A stretch of 63,533 nucleotides of DNA, counting the filler, from Octopus bimaculoides (taxonomy: Eukaryota): assembly GCF_001194135.2 (NCBI RefSeq). It is 5 parts of 5 records of this genome, joined end to end, with 100 filler letters (N's around TTAATTAATTAA, not from the genome) between each part and the next. Parts side by side here need not be neighbours in the genome. Positions count along the whole stretch, not along the records: positions 19,559 to 44,481 come from NC_068990.1; positions 44,582 to 56,633 come from NC_068997.1; 3 more parts are not named here. The stretch is one strand, 5' to 3'. How positions within the stretch are numbered: position 1 is the first letter of the stretch; the number at the start of each line of letters is the position of its first letter. This document shows positions 39,256-51,720 of this stretch, piece by piece. The position numbers were made by a program, and so were the translations under genes. The notes beneath the pieces are model-generated. The model searched no databases. It was not told the origin of the DNA and saw only the letters and a list, made by a program, of their open reading frames with translations.

Positions 39256-39949
39256 GCTACTACTGCTGCTGCTACTACTACAGCTACAGCAGCGAATGGA
39301 TTGATCATATCGATGGGAACTCAAACCTGGCGTAGCGAAAGAATTGCTTTGATGTAGTTTTAGTGTTGGCAAAGCAGGATCAGTGTATGCACATGCGCGT
39401 TTTAATAGGTGTGTTTGTATATATGAATATGTGAGGAAGAGTTAATATTGGTTATGAAGTAGAATAGAATATGTATTAAATCTGAATAAAGACTGAACGA
39501 AGGAAAAGGTATTAAGTAATTAAATATCAGAGGAATAAACTGTAGGATCGCAGAAAATTAGCGCTTACAATGAAAGGACGGTTATAGCTTTAGTTGATCT
39601 GTGTTGGCTGGTTCTATAGTTTAATTAGCATTCTGTTTATACTAATATTGTAATGGAAGCTAGAGGGAGATATCTAATAATAGAGTAGTTAGTCTGACAT
39701 TAACACGCGTAATATTTGTTTGCAATGTAGAGTAGTAAAAAAACAAACAAAAACAAGAAGAAAAAACAATAAAAAACAAACGACGATATTTTTGATTATA
39801 AAGCTCAGTACAAATAACTTCCTGGAATCGATAAATCTGTGGGAATATGTCCTTAGTAAGTAAAATGTTTAAAATACTTCTTTAAAATTAGATCTGTATT
39901 GTTTGTTTAAGACTTAGTAAATTCTCCTGGGAATAAAGGATATAGTGTG

Positions 39950-40034
<85 letters not shown>

Positions 40035-40692
40035 GTGTGTGTGTGCGTGTGTTCTTGTAGACTCACAGACAGAGTGGGGAGACAAAGTGTCATAGGAAAA
40101 GAAAGAGAAAAAACACACACACACACACATATATAAAGAGAGAGGAAAATAAAAAGAGAAAGAGAGAGGTAGTGCAATTGTAAAAATTTAATTAATTGTG
40201 TTTCGTTCTTCTAATTTTATCAGTGAAATTTAGTTTCAGAAAAATTTAAAAGAAAATTAAGTAAAATAAAAATGTATGATTTGTCAAAATTGAACGCTAG
40301 AAAGACAAATATAATATATCTTAGCCAACAGAGTAGGCAGCTAGTCGAATCTTTTATTATTGACTTTAGTAAACTAAATTCCAGAGTTTACTGACAGCAC
40401 TGCAGTGTGTATTAGCAACGGGGAAAGTAGATTTATCAAGTTTTTAATAATCAGAAATGATGTTTTATTCCACGTGTAACAAGTTCCATGTGTAACATTG
40501 TAAAGTTCATCCATAAATCACTTTCATTAAAACCTGGTTAATAACTCTGATTTATTGTCTGATAAATTTAGGAAAATAATTTCATTTTATTTCAATTCAA
40601 TTACTTGTCGAGAAGAGGACTCTATATGCAGGATATTATGGAAACAAACATGCCTCGGCTCTATAGTAGATTATGTTACGTAACTCACATAT

Positions 40693-40916
40693 AATCCTTT
40701 CTACTATAAGTACAAGGAATGAATTTTTCTTGGATGGTGGGGCAGTTAATCGATTACATCGATCCTAGTGCTAAGCTGGTAGTTATTTCATCGACCCCGA
40801 AAGGGATGAAAGGCAAAGATGACCACGGCGGAATTTGAACTCAGAACGTAAATATGGACGAAGCGCCGCTAAGCGTTTAGTCCGACGCGCTAAAGATCCT
40901 GCCAGTTTGCTGCCTT
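40693..40916 (-). mobile_element. SINE family 2 copy
   Basis: Reverse complement of the full body (CGACCCCGAAAGGGATGAAAGGC...GAATTTGAACTCAG). Confidence 0.85.
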
Positions 40917-41879
40917 AATCTCAAATGTATGATAAAAGTGACGTCGAATTAATAGATGAAACGGTGTCGTTCGCATTTTGTAACCAACTCTTTATTTCAT
41001 CTGAATCGAAGATGTCTAAACAACCATAACACCAGTTCAAATACGTTTGAGAGATATTTGAATCACTACAGTTTATAAGGGAAGAAAAAATCTCGCTTAA
41101 GACAAAAGCAAGAATATTTTCCTCTATGACAAACGCTTTTACATACTCAAACGTCTCAGCTTGTTTATTCTCATTCGCTGCTTGGTGCATCTACTGAAAG
41201 ATATCTAGCTTTAATAATTCTTCTTTCCGCTTTTCAATCATCTATCTGTAGATAAGTACAATGAGGCGGTAAAATTCATCACCGCAAGTTAAGAGCACTT
41301 CTTAATTGATTGGTCTTATGTCGGCGAACTTAAATCTCACCTTATGATATTGAAGAGGAGAGAAATAGCATCGGTAAGATTATCATCGAAGTTATTGAAA
41401 CGGCAAACCTCGTTTATGACTCACAAAATTTTAAGAACAGCCAATTAATCAAAGTTCATCAGTTATGAATTTCTATAGAAAGTGGCCGAGGCACAGAGTT
41501 CTAATGTGTTATAATATTATATAATACTCTGTTTAATTTAATACTACGTCTAATGGTATGTATATATGTGTTGTGTTTAATGGAGATATGAAAATTGCTT
41601 CAAAAATCAATGTGTATATTTCTGCTGTATTCATCATGACGAATATCAAGAGTTAATGAGAATTTATATAATTTCTCTTGAGATTAAACCTATAAGGTGA
41701 AAGGAAAATAATGAGTTGGTTGTTATAGAAGTAAACAACTATTAACACTTAATGGATATCAATGACAAAATTGATTGCTCGCTAATGTGGATAGCTAGCA
41801 GCGAAACATTTGATGTAAAAGAACGGCTACAATGACAGTAACTACACAGCCTTGGCAAAAGTAGACCTGGGCTCAACAA

Positions 41880-42130
41880 CAGGAACAGAGCTTGTTTTGC
41901 TATTGGCCTGAAGCAACGGATTTGACACGACTTCTTGATGAGTACATCTCTCACTACACTTGGCAGTCATAAGGGAGATAATCCAACTTAGACTGAAATT
42001 TCTTGTCTCAGATTTTCTGGCAGTGGTATAACGTGTGTACCGACCAAGGCTCCCAAGTTTTTCAGCACTAGGCTTCCAAGTCCATACAAATTTATACAGC
42101 AGATTCAAAAGTGCCGACCCCATGCAAGCG
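41880..42130 (-). mobile_element. Possible very old RTE-like LINE relic
   Basis: LLYKFVWTW...FSLSW...SERC loosely resembles LLY.CETWT...L.I.W...VL.R. Confidence 0.25.
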
Positions 42131-44912
42131 TCACTAGGAGTGGACCGTCCCCTCCCCCCAGCTACGCAATTATTTCCATGGATATCATTCAGTTATATTC
42201 ACACATTAATATAATCAAATAGTTTACGTGGCTCTTAGATCTAAATACCAAAAGCTAAGTACTTAATGAGCTTCCTCGAATCTCGGAATCAATATTGTAA
42301 TACTTTTGCGCATAAAACCGTTTCTTCTGCCATGAATCTACTTAGCTGACGTGTCTAATTCCGGAACTTTGTGTAAAAAAAAAGACAAATAATTTATAAT
42401 TTCAAATGATTTAACTTCATCTTATTTATCAAACGGTACTGACAGGTTTATGTCTATAATATAATGATTCTGATTGTGACTTTGGTAAGTTTCACTTTTC
42501 ATTCCTTCGAGCTCAAGAAATCCGTACTTGACCTAGTATGTGTGTATGATCAGCTGATAGGCTGACTGGTAGACAAGAATCAGATGCAAGGTGATGTACC
42601 GAAATAACTTCGCGACTTTCAATCAAATATTTTAGACTGAGACTTGGGCATAGAAATGGCTAAAACTACAAGAAGTATAATGATTAAACCTGATCGGTAG
42701 GGTACTATCAATTTGCTAGAGGTTAAGGGACTAATCGATTGACTATTATCTGATATCAAAATTTTAAATCGATTCATCTCAGAATTAATGAATAAATAAA
42801 CAAAAAAATGAACAGATGCAAAAATGAAATAAAATATTCTTCACCAATATTTTCTTTATTTTCAGTTTTTAATTTTGTCTCACATCAAAATATTCAGACT
42901 GTCTTTTGAACTTATTCCTATTTTCTTGCTTCGTAACTGAGTTGCTATTTTTCTTCTTTTTATATTTATTTCTCTTCGTATTTTACTAATAAATAACCAA
43001 AAGAGGAAATGACGCATAAGACCTTTCAGATTTCGGTTTCTATTCCTTTGTTCAGAAATATTTTCGAAAAATCTCATAGAAAGAGGCAGTCAGCAACAAC
43101 CTAACTTTGATATAACATTCTCTTACTGTTTGCCAACATAACAATCTTGCTCCTGTTCTCCCCCACACCCAAACATCAATAAACAGCTGACTACATCAAA
43201 CCCTGAATAAATTTCTATCAAACACCACATTCATGAATTCGATCAATCATTTCGTATTCTAGGCACTAAGGTTGTTTGGTGGTGCTTCCAAAAACTCAAA
43301 GCCTATTTTCTATTTTAATTATTTTATTCACGCATAAAAGACTGTCCACAACATGATGGGGCTTTTGAATAGTGTTTTGACCTGATAAACATATTTTATA
43401 GATGTTTAGTAAACAGACAGAATCAGTAGCTACTGACATGATAGAGATATCAATAAGATAACCCGATAGACACCAGCAGTAAATTTGGACTAGAGAGACA
43501 GTTAGTAGGAGTTAATTAGTATCGTCTACAATAGACATGATCTATTTAGATAACTCTATGTTGACGTTATCTCAAGTAAAAGAGAGTAGATAGGGGAGAT
43601 AAATAAAGAAGAATATGAAGCGATGGTTTGTAGACGCTGAATAGGAAAACGCTGTAGATGCTGAGTAGACAACCTCGAGATATTGACTGCTTAAAGATAG
43701 ACTTTAGATAACTCCTAAAGTAATATTGCATATACATATTGACTAGAGGGTGACATGATCTAACGACAAATTCGGTAATACAATATCTTAACGAATTTTT
43801 CTGCTAAAAATTGACTCAATTAAATGGATTAAGCTTTTAACCAGATTCATAAAGGTTAGTTATATATTAGCCTAGAGATATTGCTTCTATAATGACTGGG
43901 CGCAAAGTTTGATGAGACAGTCTATGAATGCTAAGACAATTTGTAACAGTTGAATATATAGACACAAACACAACCAATAGGTATCATTTACAAAATATAA
44001 ACTATATGTTGACAGGAGATAAACAATATGTAAAAAAAAGTTGCCTAAAGAGAGACAGTTTTCAGACGTCAATTAGAGAAATTTCATCAAGAAAGTCTAC
44101 AAACCGGAGACGTCTATCCGGAAGCAAGAGCACACAAGACTATGATCGATCATGAATTTAATAAGATATTTTAGTATATGAATGATATAAATAGAATCTA
44201 CCTTATTAAAAAGTAGAAACCAATTGAAACTGGAGAGAAAAAGAGCAAACAAGAATGGGAAAAGAGGAAAAAATTGGGGAAAGAAAATCATAACACATTT
44301 TTCATGCTGATCTATTCAGATAAAATTGAATATTATTCTCATCTCTCTAGCTATTCACACACACACACACACACATAGTATATGTATGATACATATAGCA
44401 TATTTGCAATATGCGTATGCAATATATAACACCTTTAATACATATACATACATATGTATATATATATATATATATATATATNNNNNNNNNNNNNNNNNNN
44501 NNNNNNNNNNNNNNNNNNNNNNNNNTTAATTAATTAANNNNNNNNNNNNNNNNNNNNNNNNNNNNNNNNNNNNNNNNNNNNTTGCACGGGAAACCTGCCT
44601 TTTGTGGCGAATTTACCGATATTATCTAATACTATTTACGGCTTTACTTCGCCATTTTTTTTTGGTTTTGAGACTTGGAGTCTTCGAAGTCAATTTTGCA
44701 GACGATTTCAGAACGAAAGCCGGTCTCCATAGCAACATTGATTTCATTACCCTCCCTTCACCACGGCTTCATAAAGCAGGGAAGGCGGGGAGAGGCGTCA
44801 CACGAACAGGTGCAAGTGTACGCGTGAACCCTAACACCGTTGCCACCAGCAACAACAGCGATATCGTCGCAAAGGCTTCGGACCTCAAGGAAGAGAAACG
44901 CCAACACCACCA

Positions 44913-45113
44913 GACAGACAGACAGACATACAGACAGACAGAGACAGACAGACAGACAGAGACAGACAGACAGACAGATAGATAGACAGACAGACAGATA
45001 GACAGACAGACAGATAGATAGACAGAGACAGACAGACAGACAGATAGATAGACAGACAGACAAATAGACAGACAGAGACAGACAGACAGACAGATAGATA
45101 GACAGACAGACAG
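44913..45113 (+). repeat. (AGAC)n/(AGAT)n compound microsatellite
   Basis: Direct reading. Confidence 0.95.
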
Positions 45114-45120
45114 AATGTAC

Positions 45121-45690
45121 TTGGGGCTGAAACAACAAACCTGAAAACGTAAGTACGAAACAATGGCGACAAAAATGGCAACAGCATGCCTAGAGTCGCA
45201 AAAACATGCCCAAAGCCGCGACTACGTATTCCAAGCCGTAAATACCTGCCGATGCCCGTTTATACGAAACTGCGGCAGTATGTGTGTCGCTGCAGGTATA
45301 AGTACGTACTTGCGGCTGAAACAACAAACCTGAACACGTAAGTACGAAACAATAGCGACAAAAATAAGCTCCACAACGTAAATCTCTACCCGGCGACGCA
45401 ACACAATGCCTAGCGCCGGAAAAACGTGCCCAAACCCGCAAATACATCTTCCAAGCCATAAATACCAGCCGATGCCCGTTTATACGAAACTGCGGAAGTA
45501 TGTGCGTCGCTGCTGCTATAAGTACGTACTTGCGGCTGAAACAACAAACCTGAACACTTTAATACGAAGCAATGGCGACAAAACTAAGCTCCACAACGTA
45601 AATCTGTACCCGGCGATGCAACAGCATGCCTAGCGCCGGAAAAACGTGCCCAAAGCCGCAAATACATATTCCAAGCCATAAATACTAGCC
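45121..45690 (+). repeat. GC/CpG-rich tandem repeat, ~2.7 units (starts 45121, 45309, 45529; 188 and 220 bp)
   Basis: Each unit starts CTTG(G/C)GGCTGAAACAACAAACCTGAA; the complete units end ...TAAGTACGTA or its equivalent. Confidence 0.93.
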
Positions 45691-48600
45691 GAACGGTCAA
45701 AGGAACGAACGTAAGGTCGAACGTACGTAAGCACGTACGTACGAACGAACTATCTTACGTACGTACGTACATACGAACGGACGAACGAAGGAACTAGCAA
45801 ACTAACGTACGTACGTAGCTAAGTGCGCATGAACGAACGGTCGAACGAACGAATGTACGTACGTACGTACGTAAATAAGTACCTAAGTACGTTCGTACGA
45901 ATGAACAAACGAACGTACATACGTACGTACGTACGAACGAACGAACAAACTAACTAAAGAATGAACCAGCGAAAGAACTAACGTACGTACGTACGTATGA
46001 ACGACTGAGCGAGCGAACGAACGAACGTACGTACGTACGTATAAATGAACTAACGAACGTACGTACTTACGTATGAATGAACGAACGAATGAAAGATCGA
46101 ACGAAAGAAGGAACGAACGTACGTAGGTACGAAAACAACGAACAAACGAACAACGAACGAAATTACATATGTAAATACGTATGATCGATCGAATTAACGA
46201 ACAAACATACGTACGTAGGTACGAAAGAATAAGCGAACGAACGTACGTTTGTAAGTACGTACATGCGTACGTACAAACGAGCGAACGAACGAACGAAACA
46301 ACAAAACAACGAACAAACGAACGTACGTTCATACGTACGAATAACTCGTCCATTCGTTCTTTCGTTCGTATGTACGTAATTACGTTCGTTCGCTCGATCG
46401 TTCGTTCGTACTTACGGACTTACGTACGTACCTTCGTTCGTTCGTTCGATCGTTTGTACGTACGTACGTTTTTCGTTCGAACGTTCGTACATACGTACTT
46501 TCGTTCGTTCGTTTATTCGTACGTACGTACGTACATACATATGTACGTTCGGTCGTTCAGTCGTTCGTACGTACGTACATACGTTAGTTCATTCATTCGT
46601 ACGTACGTACGTTCTTTCTTTCTTTTGTTCGTTCGTACGTACCTACGTTCGGACATACGTTCGTTCGTTCGCTCGTTCGTTGGTACGTAGGTTCATCCGC
46701 ACGTTCGTTCGTACGTACATAAATACGTACGTACATTCGTTTGTTCATTCTTTCGTTCGTTTGTTCGTTCGTTCGTATGTACGTCCGTTCGTTGTATGTA
46801 CGTACATTCGTTCGATCGTTCTTAGGTACGGGCGTATGTACGCACATTCCTTCGTTCGCTCGATCGTACGTACGTACGTTCCTTCGTCTGTTCGTTCGAT
46901 CTTTCTTTTGTTCGTGTGTTCGTTCGTTCATTCGTACTTTCGATCGTTAGTTCATTCGTACGTATGAAAGTCCGTACAANNNNNNNNNNTGTTCGTTCGT
47001 ACGTACCTACGTTCGGACATACGTTCGTTCGTTCGCTCGTTCGTTGGTACGTAGGTTCATCCGCACGTTCGTTCGTACGTACATAAATACGTACGTACAT
47101 TCGTTTGTTCATTCTTTCGTTCGTTTGTTCGTTCGTTCGTATGTACGTCCGTTCGTTGTATGTACGTACATTCGTTCGATCGTTCTTAGGTACGGGCGTA
47201 TGTACGCACATTCCTTCGTTCGCTCGATCGTACGTACGTACGTTCCTTCGTCTGTTCGTTCGATCTTTCTTTTGTTCGTGTGTTCGTTCGTTCATTCGTA
47301 CTTTCGATCGTTAGTTCATTCGTACGTATGAAAGTCCGTACAAACGTACGTTCGTTTGTTCGTTCGTTCGCTCCTTCGTATGTACGTACGTACGTTCGTT
47401 CCTTCGTTAGTTTTTTCCTTCTTTCGTTTTTTCGTTAGTTCGTTCGTTCGTTGCTTCGTACGTATGTACGTCCGTTTGTTCATTCGTACGTACGTACTTA
47501 CGTTCGTTCGTTCGGTCGTTCATTCGTTCCTATGTACGTACGTACGATCGTTCGTTCGTTCGTACTTACGTACATTCGTTCGTTCGATCGTTTGTACGTA
47601 CGTACTTTCGTTCGTTCGTTTATTCGTACGTGTGTACGTACGTACATATGTACGTTCGGTCCTTAATTTCGTTCGTTCAGTCGTTCGTACGTACGTACGT
47701 ACATACGTTAGTTCATTCATTCGTACGTACGTACGTTCTTTCTTTCTTTTGTTCGTTCGTACGTACCTACGTTCGTTCGCTCGTTCGTGGGTACGTAGGT
47801 TCATCCGCACGTTCGTTCGTTCGTACGTACGTTCATTCGTTCGCTCGTTCGTATGTACGTCCGTTCGTTGTATGTACGTACATTCGTTCGATCGTTCATT
47901 CGTTCTTAGGTACGGACGTATGTACGCACATTCCTTCGTTCGCTCGATCGTACGTACGTTCCTTCGTCTGTTTGTTCGATCTTTCTTTTGTTCGTACGTA
48001 CGTTCGTTCAATCTTTCTTTTGTTCGTACGTACGTACGTACGTTCGTTCGATCTTTCTCTTGTTCGTACGTACGTACGTACGTTCTTTCGTTTGTTCGTG
48101 TTTTCGTTCTTACGTACGTACGTACTTTCGGTCGTTCGTTCGTACGTACGTTCGTTTGTTCAGTCGTTCGTTCGTTTGTTCGTTCGTACGTACGTACGTG
48201 CGTACGTTCTTTAGTTTGTTCGTTTGTCCGTTCGTTCGTACGTACATACTTACCTACTTACGTAAGTTTGTTCATTCGTTCGTTCGATCGTTCGTTCATT
48301 CGTACTTTCGATCGTTCTTTCGTTCATTCGTACGTATGAAAGTACGTACAAACGTACGTTCTTTTGTTCGTTGTTTCGTTCGTTCGTTCGCTCTTTCGTA
48401 CGTACGCACGTTCGTTCGTTCCTTCCTTCGTTAGTTTTTCCCTTCGTTCGTTTTTTCGTTAATTCGTTCTTTCGTTGCTTCGTACGTATGTACGTCCGTT
48501 TGTTCATTCGTACGTACGTATGTACATACGTACGTACGTACGATCGTTCTTTCGTACGTACTTACGTACGTTCGTTCGTACGTCCGTTCTTTCGTTCGTT

Positions 48601-50939
48601 CTTACGTTTGTACATGCGTACGTTCGTTCGTTGGTTCTTACGTACGCATGTTCGTTCGTTCGTTCTTTTGTTCCTTCGTTCGATCATTCCATCATTTGAT
48701 CCTTCTTCCGTTCGTTCGTTCGTTCCTACGTACGTACGTATGTTCGTTCGTTCATTCGTACGGGCGGTTGTTCGTACGTACGTACCTACGTTTCTTCTTG
48801 AATTCGTTTGTACGATAGTTCGTTCCTTGTTTCGCTCATTCGTTGTTTCTTACGTACGTACTTACGGGCGTACATACGTGCGTACGTTCGTTCCTACGTA
48901 CGTTAGTTCGTTCATTCATTAGTTCGTTCTTTCGCACGTACGTACGTTCGTTCGTACGTACGTACGTAATTACGTTCGTACTTACGTACGTACATACGTT
49001 TGTTCTTTCATTCGTTCGGAGTACTTACGTACGTACGTTCGTCTGTTCGCTCGTACCTTCATTTCGTTTCTTCCTTCGTTCGTTCCTTCGTACGTACGTA
49101 CTATCGTTCGTTCATTCATGTACGTACCTATCGTTCGTTCATTAGTTTGTTCGTTCCTTCGTTGGTACGTACGTACAGACGTATGTACGTTCGTTCTTAC
49201 GAACAAACGTACGTAAGTACGAAGGAACAAACGAACGTAGGTACGTACGTACGTTCCTTCATTTGATCGTATTTTCGTACGTTCGTTCATTCGTTCGTAC
49301 GTACGCACGCACGTACCTACGTTCGTTTGTTGCTTCGTACGTACGTACGTTCATTCGTTCGTTCTTAAGTTCGTTCATTCGTACGTTCGTTTCTGCATGC
49401 GTACGTTCGTTTGATATTTCTTACCTATGTATATACTTACTTACGTAAGTACCTTCGTTCCTACGTACGTACGTTCGTTTTTTCATTTGTTCCTTCGTTA
49501 GTTCGTACGTACGTACGTTCTTTCGTTTTCTCGATCGTTCTCTCGTTCGTTCGTCCGTTCTTTTGTTTCTTCGTTCGATCTTTCGCTCGCTCGTTCATTC
49601 ATTTGTTTGTTTCGTTCGATCATTTGTTCATACGTACGATCGTTCGTTCGTACGTACGTACGTACATTCGTACGTACGTACGTTCGTTCATTCATACATA
49701 TATACGTACGAACATACGTACGTTGGTTCATTCATACATATGTACGTACGAACTAACGAACGTACGTACGAACGAACGAACGTACGTACGTACGAACAAA
49801 CGAACGACCGAAAGAATGAATGTACGTAAGTACGTACGTACGAACGAACAAACGAACGAACGTACGTAAGTAGGTACGTACGTACGAACCAACGAACGAA
49901 TGAACGAAAGAACGAACGATCGAAAGAACGAACAAAAGAACGAACGTACGTCCGATCGAACGTACGAAACTAACGAAGGAACAAACGAACGAACGAAACA
50001 AACAAACGAACGAACGATGGACCGAACGAACGAACGGAAGAAAGAACGGACGAACGAAAGAACAAACGAACGAAAGAATGAATGAACGAACGAACGAAAG
50101 AACGATCAAACGTACGTACGTACGTAAGCACATATGTACGTAGGTACGTACATTCATTCGTTCGTACAAAATAGCGAACGAATGAACAAACTAACTAACG
50201 AACGAACGAACAAATTAACGAACGAACGAAAGGACGACCGAACGCACGTACGTACGTACGAACGAACGAATGGATGTACGTACGAAAGAACGAACGAACG
50301 AACGGAAGAAAGAACGGACGAACGAAAGAACAAACGAACGAAAGAATGAATGAACGAACGAACGAAAGAACGATCAAACGTACGTACGTACGTAAGCACA
50401 TATGTACGTAGGTACGTACATTCATTCGTTCGTACAAAATAGCGAACGAATGAACAAACTAACTAACGAACGAACGAACAAATTAACGAAAGGACGACCG
50501 AACGCACGTACGTACGTACGAACGAACGAATGGATGTACGTACGAAAGAACGAACGAACGAACAAACAAACGAAAGAACGAACGAATAAAAGAACGAAAG
50601 TACGTACGAACAAACGAACGAATGGACGGAAGAACAAACGAACGAACGAAACACACAAACGAACGTACGTACGTATGAACGACCGAACGAACGAAACAAA
50701 CGAAAGGATGAAAGAACGAACGAACGATAGAACGAACGAACGTACGTACATCCGTACGTACGAACAATAGAACGAACGATCAAACGTACGTTCGTACGTA
50801 AGTACATAAGTACGTCGGTACGTACGAACGAATGAACGTACGTACGTACCTACGTTTCTTCGTGAATTCGTTTGTACGATAGTTCGTTCCTTCTTTCGTT
50901 CATTCGTTCGTTCGTTGTTTCTTACGTACGTACATACGT
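45691..50939. repeat. 5.25-kb complex tetranucleotide satellite of ACGT/ACGA (TCGT) variants
   Basis: Almost entirely 4-mers related to ACGT/TCGT, with orientation switches near 46325, 49745 and 50845. Confidence 0.97.
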
Positions 50940-50959
50940 GCACAAATTCGGTGTCCAAA

Positions 50960-51720
50960 CATTCGCACAGTGGCCAGAAAGTCGGGGATCACACATATAC
51001 ACACCAGAAAAAAGTTGGACTTAGGAAGCATCAGATGTGTGTGCAAGAGAGACAACTGTGCTGGTAGTATGGTCATGTGTTGTGAATGGATGAGGACAGC
51101 TGTGTGAAAAAGTGTCACTTCCTAGCAGTAGAGGGAACCTGTGGAAGAGCTAGCCCCAGGAAGACTTGGGATGAAGTGGTGAAGCATGACCATCGAACAT
51201 TGGGCCTCACTGAGGCAACAACAAATGACAAGTGGATCTTTGGAGATATGCTGTGCTTGAGAAGAACCGGCAAGCCAAGTGAGACCATGGCCTCTGCCAG
51301 TGCAGCATAACCGGCCCATTTAAGAGTAGCCTTCAATCATTGGGCAATAAACTGCACTTGCGAAGACCTGTTGAGGCAAGTGGTGGCTAACTGGCACCTG
51401 TGCCAGTGGTACGTTAACAGCACCATTCAAGCATGATCGTTGCCATTGCTGCCCGACTGGCTCCTGTGCCGGTGCCTCATAAAAAGCACTATTCAAGCGT
51501 GGTCAATGCAAGTACCACCTGACTGGCCCTTGTGTCGGTGGCATGTAAAAAGCACCCACTACACTCTCGGAGTGGTTGGTGTTAGGAAGGGCATCCAACT
51601 GTAGAAACTTTGCCAGATCAGATTGGAGCCTGGTGAAGCCTTCTAGCTCGCCAGCCATCAGTCAAATTATCCGATCCATGCCTGCATGGAAAGCAGATGT
51701 TAAACGATGATGATGATGAC
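50960..51720 (+). mobile_element. RTE-clade LINE 3' end with internally repetitive 3' UTR and (GAT)n tail
   Basis: ...YGHVL*MDEDSCVKKCHFLAVEGTCGRASPRKTWDEVVKHD matches the W.GHV.RM...G.R..GRP...W motif; ends GTTAAACGATGATGATGA. Confidence 0.85.

Noticed and set aside
45121-45690. Possible CRISPR-like array
   Set aside because: Units are homologous along their whole length with no unique spacers, and the context is eukaryotic.
46627-47343. 353-bp exact tandem duplication (46627-46979 vs 46991-47343)
   Set aside because: The copies are separated by a short N gap, typical of unmerged overlapping contig ends.
45883-50958. Numerous long ORFs (FVRS/YVRT/NERT-rich) in the satellite
   Set aside because: By-products of a stop-poor tetranucleotide repeat, open in many frames on both strands.
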